A stretch of 58,357 bases of DNA from Candidatus Omnitrophota bacterium (GTDB lineage Bacteria > Omnitrophota > Gorgyraeia > Gygaellales > JAHJCI01). Positions 37,246 to 45,206 of the stretch are shown one piece after another. The notes under the pieces were generated by a model. It saw only the letters and a list, made by a program, of their open reading frames with translations. It was not told where the DNA came from and ran no database searches. Where the stretch lies: assembly GCA_043812035.1 (NCBI GenBank), contig JBDRMR010000072.1:1-58357 (forward strand). Reading direction: 5' to 3'. The stretch's first letter is position 1; every line of letters starts with the position of its first letter. The position numbers were made by a program, and so were the translations under genes.

Positions 37246-37830
37246 ATGAAAGGGATTATCCGTAGAATAACTCTGTTGTGTTTTTTGTTTGTATCCGGCT
37301 GCGCATACCTGGGCTACATCCAGGATCCCTTTGTCGATATACCTAATTTTCACCAAGTTGACGATATCCTTTACAGAGGCGGCCAGCCCAATCAGGAAGG
37401 ATGGAATAAATTGAAGTCGTTGGGAATTAAGACAATAATCAGTCTGCGCGGCGAAGACGAGGAAACCGCCGAAGAAAAAGAAAAGACAGAAGCTATGGGA
37501 ATGAATTTCTATCATTTGCCTATGAGTATCTATGAGCGTCCCGCCGACGAACAGGTTCTCAAGTTCCTGGAAATAGTTTTAAATAAGGATAGCCAGCCGG
37601 TATTTGTCTATTGCACAAGCGGCCGGGACAGAACCGGCGCAATGGTCGCTATGTATCGGGTGGTAGTCTCGGGAATGACGATAAAACAAGCTTATAAAGA
37701 GGCAAAAGGGCTCGGATTTTGGCCTTATCACGGAGACGTCCCGGAGCTCAAAAATTTCATCCATCAACTTAAAGACAAAAAGCTCTATTTCGAAAAAGCA
37801 AAGGAGTTACTCTATGAAGACGGTAAGTAA
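37246..37830 (+). CDS. Cys-based protein tyrosine / dual-specificity phosphatase lipoprotein
   Basis: 194 aa. Lipobox FVSGC; CX5R P-loop VYCTSGRDRTG. Confidence 0.8.
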   Translation: MKGIIRRITLLCFLFVSGCAYLGYIQDPFVDIPNFHQVDDILYRGGQPNQEGWNKLKSLGIKTIISLRGEDEETAEEKEKTEAMGMNFYHLPMSIYERPADEQVLKFLEIVLNKDSQPVFVYCTSGRDRTGAMVAMYRVVVSGMTIKQAYKEAKGLGFWPYHGDVPELKNFIHQLKDKKLYFEKAKELLYEDGK

Positions 37831-38176
37831 ATTTCTGATTACGGTAACCGTATCGGCTTTGGTTTTCTGCGGCAAAGCCGAGGCTCATTCGGTAAGGCAC
37901 CACTTAATTAATATGGGTAAAAGCCTGGTAAGATTAACCTTCTCTCCCCTGTACGGAGTATTCGTTAAAGGGCCGAAGAACATCAAAGAAGCTTATGAAT
38001 ACGAGGTTTACGGCAGCGAAAAGCCGGAAGAAAAAGGGCTGTTGCGAAAAAAACTTTTTGCCTTCTGGCGCTCTCCGGGAGAAGAAGCAAAAGGCGCAAT
38101 AGACGGCCTGGTTGATAGCGTAGACGCGGGCGGCCGATTTATGAAAGAATTCCTTTCTATATTCTTCAGCGATTAA
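37814..38176 (+). CDS. secreted hypothetical protein
   Basis: 120 aa. Signal peptide ...FCGKAEA. Overlaps the phosphatase gene by 17 nt. No motif I recognise with confidence. Confidence 0.55.
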   Translation: MKTVSKFLITVTVSALVFCGKAEAHSVRHHLINMGKSLVRLTFSPLYGVFVKGPKNIKEAYEYEVYGSEKPEEKGLLRKKLFAFWRSPGEEAKGAIDGLVDSVDAGGRFMKEFLSIFFSD

Positions 38177-38377
38177 CCTCCCTGACAAAATCTGACCTAA
38201 CTTCAAGAACAAGAAAGGGTTAATGACGTACTTGGATTCTTACGAAACGCCTCTGTGCATGGAATTTCTTTATTTCATATGCTATACTTTAATTAAGAAG
38301 AATATAAAATCGGTAATATTGGCGGCATAATGTTGCCTTTATGAAGGTTAATCTCTTAAACAGGCAGGGGAGCAAAA

Positions 38378-38776
38378 ATGACTGTTTGCCGGAAAAAAAT
38401 ACTAATCCTGGCGTGTGTTTTGACTTTAGCGCTCCCCCTCTATGCCCAAGAAGCGGAATATTCTTTGAAAAATAATCCGGGCGGCACTGAAGCCGCCGTC
38501 ACTGCCTCTGACCAGCAGGAGAAAGCAGAAAGCTCTTTTTGGGAATTCGTAGACAAACAAGCGTATGCTGCCGCAGTAGATGACAAAGAAGAGAAGGAAA
38601 TATTAAGAGAGGAGTGGAGGAAGCTGCTGGGAGTGGATATCTTCTACCCGTATTTTAAAGAACAGGAAATAGAAGACTGGGTGAGCCAAAAGGCAAGCGT
38701 GGAAGTTTTTAAAATAAAAGGCCGTCCCACCATCGAATATAATCAATTCAAATACACCTTCAAAATAGAATTCTAA
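38378..38776 (+). CDS. secreted hypothetical protein
   Basis: 132 aa. Signal peptide ...ALPLYAQEA; SD GGGGAG upstream. Confidence 0.55.
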   Translation: MTVCRKKILILACVLTLALPLYAQEAEYSLKNNPGGTEAAVTASDQQEKAESSFWEFVDKQAYAAAVDDKEEKEILREEWRKLLGVDIFYPYFKEQEIEDWVSQKASVEVFKIKGRPTIEYNQFKYTFKIEF

Positions 38777-38831
38777 CCGCCCTTTAGAATTCCTTACGTA
38801 ATTTTTACAGAGATACAAGAAAATCGCCTTC

Positions 38832-38868
38832 GGCGATGACCTTTAGCGATTTTCAGTGGTTAGGAAAG
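38832..38868. repeat. AAATCGC hairpin between convergent genes (possible bidirectional terminator)
   Basis: gaaaatcgc cttcggcgatgaccttta gcgattttc. Same arms as the hairpin at 14879-14914. Confidence 0.4.
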
Positions 38869-38880
38869 TATTCTATCCCC

Positions 38881-39120
38881 TTACGGGCACAGGTACTTTC
38901 CTATACCATAAATTATTGTTATCAAGCCTATAACAATCAAAAACAACCCCATTATTCTGGTATTGCGGATTTCCCTCTTCATAGAAATAGGTTCAATCCT
39001 CCAGTTTATCTTTTCGTAAAACCGCGCTTGCATGCGTATAGCCGGGGAGGGGTTAAGAAATATAAATACGCCGATAACTATGCCGGCTCCGGAGATTAAC
39101 ATTGATATAAACCGTATCAT
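38881..39120 (-). CDS. small membrane protein (2-3 TM), translationally coupled to acsE
   Basis: 79 aa. The start overlaps the acsE stop by 1 nt (TAATG). Hydrophobic throughout. Confidence 0.55.
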   Translation of the reverse strand: MIRFISMLISGAGIVIGVFIFLNPSPAIRMQARFYEKINWRIEPISMKREIRNTRIMGLFLIVIGLITIIYGIGKYLCP

Positions 39121-39908
39121 TATTTTTTCCTGTATGCCTCAAGAAAAGAATCGCAGTAGATCTGTTTATTTAATATCAATTCGGCGGTAATCAGGGAATC
39201 CATTAGTTCTTTATCCAACGGGTCAAGTATTGCCGCATCTAATCCGTTAGTTATTGCCATAATTAAAAATATCCGGTTGACCAGGCTTCTCTGCTGCGCT
39301 CCCTGCGATACGTTACTCAGGCCGACAACCGTCTTGGGAGGAGGCTGCGAGATAATCTTTAATTCGGCCACCGCTTTTAAAGTATCCTCTAATTGCGCCT
39401 GGGCTACGTTTACCGGCAAAACCACGGGGTCAATGTACAGTTCCTCAAGAGGGAATCCCTTCTCCTGACAATCGGCAACGATAGTCGCGGCTAATTCCAG
39501 GCGCCTGTCTTTATCCTGCGGCACTCCCTTTTTATCCAGGGTCAGGCCGATTAAGCCGGCTTTATATTTTAAGGCCAGGGACACAAAGATATCCAATCTC
39601 TCTTTGTCTGCGGATGTGGAGTTAATCATCGCTTTATTCTTAGCCGCTTTCAGCCCTGCTTCAATAGCACTGGCTTTGGTGCTGTCCAAGCATAATATTT
39701 TATCGGTAACTTCCTGGACTACAGAAATAAGCCAGACTATATCCGAAGCCGGGTTACCTGAGGCGGGTCCGCAATTTATATCCAGAGCTTCACAGCCCGC
39801 ATCAACCTGCTGTTCAGCCAAACGCTGGATTACAGTTTTGTCCTTCTGCTGTATAGCCCGCCTGACATCTTTATACATCCCATTAATCAGTTCGCCAATA
39901 ATAAACAT
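39120..39908 (-). CDS. acsE: methyltetrahydrofolate:corrinoid Fe-S protein methyltransferase
   Basis: 262 aa. MFIIGELINGMYKDVRRAIQ...LDINCGP...LSNVSQG is collinear with, and the same length as, Moorella AcsE as I recall it. Confidence 0.9.
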   Translation of the reverse strand: MFIIGELINGMYKDVRRAIQQKDKTVIQRLAEQQVDAGCEALDINCGPASGNPASDIVWLISVVQEVTDKILCLDSTKASAIEAGLKAAKNKAMINSTSADKERLDIFVSLALKYKAGLIGLTLDKKGVPQDKDRRLELAATIVADCQEKGFPLEELYIDPVVLPVNVAQAQLEDTLKAVAELKIISQPPPKTVVGLSNVSQGAQQRSLVNRIFLIMAITNGLDAAILDPLDKELMDSLITAELILNKQIYCDSFLEAYRKK

Positions 39909-39932
39909 CTTAACCTCCTGGTATAATCTGGA

Positions 39933-39961
39933 ATTTTACAAACACGGGTTACCCGAACCAA
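39933..39961 (-). promoter_or_regulatory. putative promoter of acsE
   Basis: Minus-sense TTGGTT (39961-39956), 17 nt, TAAAAT (39938-39933). SD CAGGAGGT. Confidence 0.4.
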
Positions 39962-39977
39962 ATATCTGGGCAGCGGA

Positions 39978-41066
39978 TTATTGCGAAAAAATCTCCGGCT
40001 TATTTTCGTAAACCCGCAGGAGCGCCTCAACCACCTGCGGGTCGAATTGCGTGCCGGATTTTTTCTTTATCTCCTCGCACGCCTCAGGCAAACTCATTCC
40101 TCTGCGGTATGCGCGGTCGGAGGTAAGGGCATCCGTAACGTCGGCAACAGCAATAATTCTGGCTTCCAAAGAGATATCATCTCCCTTTAATCCCCGCGGA
40201 TAGCCCCCGCCGCCGTAAAACTCATGATGCTCGCCTATGCCGCGAACGAATCTTTTTAAGTGCGGAATGGAGCTTACGATCTTTATTCCGATTTCGGGAT
40301 GCTGTTCGATTATCTTATGCTCTTCGGAAGTAAGTTCTTCCGGTTTAGTCAAGATTAACTCGCTTATGCCTATTTTTCCTATGTCGTGCAGAATGGCGGC
40401 CAATTTAAGATTCTTGACCTGGTTTCGCGGCAAATTTAATTCTTCGGCGACACTCAGGGCAATTTTGGTAACCCTCTGCGAATGTCCGGCAGTGTAAGGG
40501 TCCTTGGCGTCGATAGCGGCGACAAGCGAGCTTATCAGGCCGATGAATAAGTCCTCGGTCTCCTTATACAGCTTAGCATTGACCAAAGCGATTGATGCAT
40601 AATTAGCCAAAATCTGCAGAATATGCTGTTGGCCGGAGTATAACAACTCGGAGGGATTTTTATTGCTTAAAGTCAGGACCCCGATGGTATTTTTTTCGGC
40701 TTCCAACCGTATGCTTAAAAAAGACCGGAACGGAAAATTTTTTTTATTTAATTCCGGATTTGCCCCGGTATCGTTAACTATCAGAGGAGCGGAAAAATCC
40801 ATAACCAGTTTGTTTATTTCTTCCCACGCTCCTAAGATTTTTAAGTTTTCCGATTCGTCTTCGCTGAATCCGCGCGCAGCCGCTAACCCCAGGCGGGCGC
40901 TCTTCTCATCCAGTATGAAGAGCGCCCCATAGTCATTATGGAACATGCGCTCGGCTTCTCTTAGAATGACTTCGTTGACCCGTTCGATGTCAAGCGCGGA
41001 AATAATTGTCCTGCTTATCTCTAAAAGAGTATTTAGAGCCAGTCCGTTAACTTTGTCCTTTAACAT
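39978..41066 (-). CDS. GAF-domain HD-GYP phosphodiesterase
   Basis: 362 aa. N-terminal GAF; AAILHDIGKIGI, HHEFYGGGGYPRGLKG. Confidence 0.85.
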   Translation of the reverse strand: MLKDKVNGLALNTLLEISRTIISALDIERVNEVILREAERMFHNDYGALFILDEKSARLGLAAARGFSEDESENLKILGAWEEINKLVMDFSAPLIVNDTGANPELNKKNFPFRSFLSIRLEAEKNTIGVLTLSNKNPSELLYSGQQHILQILANYASIALVNAKLYKETEDLFIGLISSLVAAIDAKDPYTAGHSQRVTKIALSVAEELNLPRNQVKNLKLAAILHDIGKIGISELILTKPEELTSEEHKIIEQHPEIGIKIVSSIPHLKRFVRGIGEHHEFYGGGGYPRGLKGDDISLEARIIAVADVTDALTSDRAYRRGMSLPEACEEIKKKSGTQFDPQVVEALLRVYENKPEIFSQ

Positions 41067-41077
41067 TTAGCCGTTAT

Positions 41078-41488
41078 TTACGGATTCCAGGTCTTCTTGG
41101 TTACCTCTACGTCTATATCCTTGGGGTCCCCGCTCAAATCCAACTGTCTGTTGCCGTTTATGTCTTCGACGCGGACTTTGACGCTCTGGGCGATATCGCT
41201 ATCAATCAGGTCGAAAGTCCTTATATGGCAAGGATTGGCTACGCACTCAGGGTTGCTGATGTCGAAGTAAGCCGGATTGCCGTATTTATACCTCCACACC
41301 CAGTATCCGTATTGTATGCCCAGTCCCCTGGCATAGCGGACCTCGTCTAGTCCTTTAAAAGAATAGGTAATTCCGTGTTGGCTCTGGATCAAAACTAACG
41401 TCGCAAAAGCAAGCGTGGAGACGGCAAGAAGAAACGCCAAAACGATAATCAGGCCTACCGAGCGGTTATTCTTCAAGTAATTATTCAT
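41078..41488 (-). CDS. PilX/GspK-like minor pseudopilin candidate
   Basis: 136 aa. NNRSVGLIIVLAFLLAVSTLAF N-terminal helix without the cleavage motif. Overlaps the upstream gene by 8 nt. Confidence 0.5.
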   Translation of the reverse strand: MNNYLKNNRSVGLIIVLAFLLAVSTLAFATLVLIQSQHGITYSFKGLDEVRYARGLGIQYGYWVWRYKYGNPAYFDISNPECVANPCHIRTFDLIDSDIAQSVKVRVEDINGNRQLDLSGDPKDIDVEVTKKTWNP

Positions 41489-41972
41489 ATCTTCTTAAGG
41501 TAACTTTGGTAATGAATCGGACCGGCTGAAGCCCGGAACTCTGGCGTCCCTGCATGGTCAGCTCTATAGTTAAAACCCTTCGCTTGGTCCTCTCGTTCTC
41601 TTCGGGCCCGGAAAAAATCAAGCCGCTTACGCCCCGGGCAATAATCTCCTGCGCATCCCCTGCCGGGCCGTATTTTACGCATAAACATGTATCGTCCAGC
41701 GTGTATTCGTACGTCTCGGTGTATCCTCCGGGAGTTATTTCCGAAAACGTTATTGTTGACGGCGGATCCGAAACATTTACGTCATCGGCCGCGCTGAGGT
41801 ATTTTACCATATGCTGCAGAGCGATATTAGCCTGATTTTGAACCTCGGCCTGGACGTTAAAGGAGGAAAAAAAGCCTGAGGCAGCCGTATACAACGCTCC
41901 GCCTGAAAGCGTCACTAAAGATATCAAACCCACCGCAAGCAAAAGTTCAATTAAACTTATGGCTCTTGCCAT
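41481..41972 (-). CDS. prepilin-type N-terminal domain protein (pseudopilin)
   Basis: Start set at ATG 41972. MARA-ISLIELLLAVGLISL with Glu at +5. The ORF-track N-terminal 40 aa overlap the upstream gene. Confidence 0.6.
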   Translation of the reverse strand: MARAISLIELLLAVGLISLVTLSGGALYTAASGFFSSFNVQAEVQNQANIALQHMVKYLSAADDVNVSDPPSTITFSEITPGGYTETYEYTLDDTCLCVKYGPAGDAQEIIARGVSGLIFSGPEENERTKRRVLTIELTMQGRQSSGLQPVRFITKVTLRRYE

Positions 41973-42337
41973 TGAATAGTTACCGTTATTTTCTTCCGAT
42001 CGGCAATTCCGTCGGGAGGTTGGTCTAAATCCTCGTCTATTATTATCCAGGTCCTCTGCCAACCGTATGGCAATATGCGCGTATCCTCGCAATCAACGGT
42101 TGGATATGTGCTACCTCCAGGAAGCTCCTGGAGACAATCATCGTCAAAATCCAAAGCCCCAAGCTCCTCCAATTTCTCCCGTGTAAAATTCAATACCTCT
42201 TGTTTGTACTGGGCTCTTTTCAGCTGCCTCTTCCCGGCGACAAACAGCCCGGCTATTCCCAAAAGTATTAGGCTCAGGATGACCATAGATACAATAATCT
42301 CGATCAAAGTCACGCTCTTCTGTCTCATTCTTTTCAA
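41957..42337 (-). CDS. prepilin-type N-terminal domain protein (GspI/PilV-like pseudopilin)
   Basis: 126 aa. MKRMRQKS-VTLIEIIVSMVILSL with Glu at +5. Confidence 0.65.
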   Translation of the reverse strand: MKRMRQKSVTLIEIIVSMVILSLILLGIAGLFVAGKRQLKRAQYKQEVLNFTREKLEELGALDFDDDCLQELPGGSTYPTVDCEDTRILPYGWQRTWIIIDEDLDQPPDGIADRKKITVTIQWQEP

Positions 42338-42340
42338 AAC

Positions 42341-43240
42341 TCAGTCATCGTCATCTTCTTCTTCCGACTCCTTATAGAATCCCGCCTTCTTTCCTCTGGA
42401 CTTTTTAGCTATCTCCCCTGACTTTTGCTTCCATTGACCGAGATGTTTACCCGAAGGAGAAACGGAATCCTCAAATACTACACCCTCGCTCCACACGTTT
42501 GCGTCCTGGGCTATAATCTGGACCTCATCTCCGGAATTCAGCGGATAACTGGAAAGGTCGCCGGCATCAGGGTTCTTATCGGTTACCGTTAAATTCTTAT
42601 CGGGGGCAACCTCTACCAACTGAACATAGGTATAATCCCCTTGACCCACGGTTTGCGGGTCGCCGTCCACGTCAACATCGTTGTCGTATACGGTTACGCA
42701 GAATGTCGTTCCAGTTACCCCTACCGTTGCCGTGGGCGTTTCTACGCTGAAAGTGGAGCTACCCAAAAGGACGCCGATATCAAATAAAGCTCCTCCGCTA
42801 TCCTGATAAACTGCGCTGACCGAATCTTCGCTTATCCCGCTGATTGTAAGCTGCCCTCCTTCTTCTATCGAAACTCTGTTGCTGACGTCGACCTCGGCGG
42901 ACCTGCTTAAGCCGACAACCACATAATTGTTGGTGGATGAATCAAGGTCATCCGGACAGCGAATCTTATCGCCTGTCTCCAGGGCCTGCTGCTCCCAGCC
43001 GTTTTCCCAGGTGCCTTCAGGAGTCGTAGCCCTATCAACCTCAGGCATTACCGTAGACGGTATTTCGTTTCCAAAAGAATCCGTGCAACCCCAGCCGAGG
43101 ATTCTTGACGCAGGTATTCTGGTTATTACTCCTTCTAACTTTAATTCTTCGGCTAAGGCATAGCCGTCCAGAAAAACAAATCCTAACGAACCGGCGAACA
43201 ACGAAATAGCGAAATAGCGAAATAGCGAAATAACTCTCAT
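42341..43240 (-). CDS. secreted FecR-domain protein with acidic C-terminal tail
   Basis: 299 aa. Signal peptide; ...STFSVETPTATVGVTGTTFCVTV FecR-like core; ends ESEEEDDDD. Confidence 0.6.
   Translation of the reverse strand: MRVISLFRYFAISLFAGSLGFVFLDGYALAEELKLEGVITRIPASRILGWGCTDSFGNEIPSTVMPEVDRATTPEGTWENGWEQQALETGDKIRCPDDLDSSTNNYVVVGLSRSAEVDVSNRVSIEEGGQLTISGISEDSVSAVYQDSGGALFDIGVLLGSSTFSVETPTATVGVTGTTFCVTVYDNDVDVDGDPQTVGQGDYTYVQLVEVAPDKNLTVTDKNPDAGDLSSYPLNSGDEVQIIAQDANVWSEGVVFEDSVSPSGKHLGQWKQKSGEIAKKSRGKKAGFYKESEEEDDDD
43202..43233. repeat. 8-nt tandem repeat (3 perfect plus 1 imperfect unit) in codons 4-14 of the FecR-like gene
   Basis: Plus-strand cgaaatag x3 then cgaaataa. The unit length is not a multiple of 3. 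Confidence 0.9.
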
Positions 43241-43243
43241 CTC

Positions 43244-45151
43244 TTACCCCCTCTTTATTACTACAACGGTTAAGTCATCGCCCAAAGGCGCGGGCCGCAT
43301 AAAATCTAAAACCGACTGTATGATTCGCTCGTTCAAAACCGGAGAAGGCAAAAAATCATTCTTCTCTATCGCATCTCTCAGGCGCATTTCTCCGAATTCT
43401 TCACCCCCCTTCTTTTTTGCCTCTAAAACCCCGTCCGTACATAAAACCAAGGTATCTCCTGGCGCAAGACTTATTGGCGACTGGACATATTCGCTGCCGT
43501 CAATAATACCCAAAGGCACTCCGCTGGCCGCATTAACAAAAATAATACCCTTGTGCTCGCTTTTAAGCGCAGCCTTTATGTGACCTGCGTTTGCGAAATA
43601 ACCTTCGCCTTCGCTGTCCAGGATTAACAAAATCGCCGTGGCAAATATGCCCGGAGGATATCTTTGTTTCAGTTCCTGATTTACCGACTCCAATATTTTT
43701 GCCGGCTGTAGATATAATTTAATATAAGTCCGGAATACGCTTATGGATAGGGCCATATATAAACTTGCCGGCACGCCTTTGCCGGTTACGTCGCCGATAA
43801 GAACGGCCAAGCGCCCTTCATCCAGTTTAATTATATCATAGAAATCGCCTCCGATATACCGGCAGGGTAAAAGCTTGGCAGCGACCTCAATCTCCGTCTG
43901 CTTAACCAGGCTGGTGCGCGAAAGAAAGCCCTGCTGGAGCCTGGCAGCTATTTCGAGGTCGTGTTCCAGCAATAAATGCTTCTGTCTCTCTTTGACGTAA
44001 GAAAAAAACAATAAAGAAAAAAAGATTGTTAACAATACTGCCGTAGGATAAACGAGGTCAATCCACAATCCCGACAGGACTAATAACGCCGCCGAAACAA
44101 AAATACAACCGACCGACAGAACACCCAGCCAGGGGACCCATCTGAAGGAAAAACGGCTGCGGTTGTAAATCCATACGGTCAAGCCCAAGAGAAAAACTAG
44201 AATTAATAGGTTAATGCCCCGGCTTGCTCTCTTAAGGTAGCCGGAGGTCAATATTGAATTAAATATGTTCGCATTAACTCCGACCATCGGATAAACCGTT
44301 TCCAGAGGAGTAGCGCCTATATCGCTAAAGCCGCCCATGCCGGTAGCGGTCAGGCCGATAAAACAAATCTTATCTTTTAATTCGGTTAAATCTAAACGGG
44401 GAATTAATCCCGACCCTAACTGCTCGTAACTTACCAAGATATCCACATAAGAATAATGCTTAAAGGTTTCCTTCCAGACTCCGGCATAATTTACAATGAA
44501 TCTGCCCCTGTCATCGAGCGGCAGCGACAAATCTTCCGGCCGCCTCCGGAGGTAATCGGAGGCCATTAAAATACTCAGCTGGGGAACGGTCTCTGCTTCT
44601 AATTTAATAAAAGGCCGGATATGCCGCCGCTTTCCGTCGATATCGGGCTCGATATTAATATGCCCGTAGCCCCGGGCAGTTTGTTTTAACCCGTTAATCA
44701 AATCCACTCCCCGTCCGTAAGGATAATAAACGTTCCTTGCGCTTTTTGTTGCCGAGATTAATTTGTCGTCTGAGGGACTCTCCCTATCGAATATAATATC
44801 AAAACAAATCTGGCGCGCTCCGTATTCCGAGAGTACCTGGATTAACCGGGCGTGGTATTTGCGGTCAAACGGCCAGCGCCCGATTTGATCGAGGCTATCG
44901 CCGCCAATCTCAACTATTGCTATCTCGGGCATAGCCGCCTGCGGCCCACGCATCCTGAGCCGCCAGTCAAAGGTTATCAGTTCGAAAATCTCCAGCCAGC
45001 GAAAATAACTTCCTAAACAGATTATTATCGCGATTATCAAAAATAATAAACCCCGCACCTTTCTTTGCAATAACGTCTTTCCAAAATCCGAAAAGGTGCG
45101 GGGTAAAAACTTCTTTGCTTTTCTTAACAGCACCGCGAAATCAATCTTCAT
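43244..45151 (-). CDS. CHASE2 sensor fused to PP2C/SpoIIE-type serine phosphatase
   Basis: 635 aa. IAIVEIGGDSLDQIGRWPFDRKYHARLI (CHASE2), TM helices, GGDFYDI and GDVTGKGVPASLYMA (PP2C). Confidence 0.85.
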   Translation of the reverse strand: MKIDFAVLLRKAKKFLPRTFSDFGKTLLQRKVRGLLFLIIAIIICLGSYFRWLEIFELITFDWRLRMRGPQAAMPEIAIVEIGGDSLDQIGRWPFDRKYHARLIQVLSEYGARQICFDIIFDRESPSDDKLISATKSARNVYYPYGRGVDLINGLKQTARGYGHINIEPDIDGKRRHIRPFIKLEAETVPQLSILMASDYLRRRPEDLSLPLDDRGRFIVNYAGVWKETFKHYSYVDILVSYEQLGSGLIPRLDLTELKDKICFIGLTATGMGGFSDIGATPLETVYPMVGVNANIFNSILTSGYLKRASRGINLLILVFLLGLTVWIYNRSRFSFRWVPWLGVLSVGCIFVSAALLVLSGLWIDLVYPTAVLLTIFFSLLFFSYVKERQKHLLLEHDLEIAARLQQGFLSRTSLVKQTEIEVAAKLLPCRYIGGDFYDIIKLDEGRLAVLIGDVTGKGVPASLYMALSISVFRTYIKLYLQPAKILESVNQELKQRYPPGIFATAILLILDSEGEGYFANAGHIKAALKSEHKGIIFVNAASGVPLGIIDGSEYVQSPISLAPGDTLVLCTDGVLEAKKKGGEEFGEMRLRDAIEKNDFLPSPVLNERIIQSVLDFMRPAPLGDDLTVVVIKRG

Positions 45152-45206
45152 CCCGTTAGAAATATTCTCTTCTGTCCCCTTAGAAATTACAAATTTCTAA
45201 CGGGAT
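45152..45206. repeat. TAGAAAT word hairpin in the spacer between the STAS-kinase and CHASE2-PP2C genes
   Basis: cccgttagaaat...atttctaacggg (12-bp outer arms) and an inner ttagaaatt-aca-aatttctaa. Confidence 0.8.

Noticed and set aside
37246-38776. tRNA-adjacent genomic island or prophage remnant (the only plus-strand block, next to tRNA-CAU).
   Set aside because: There is no integrase, transposase or phage gene and no duplicated tRNA 3' fragment. The block abuts the 5' side of the tRNA rather than the usual 3' attachment site.
39919-39927. Perfect extended -10 (TGGTATAAT) on the plus strand, which could drive an antisense RNA into the HD-GYP gene.
   Set aside because: It is the reverse complement of the acsE ribosome-binding region (ATTATACCAGGAGG). 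It has no -35-like hexamer, and there is no structure or ORF downstream. It is most likely fortuitous, though only strand-specific RNA-seq could exclude it.
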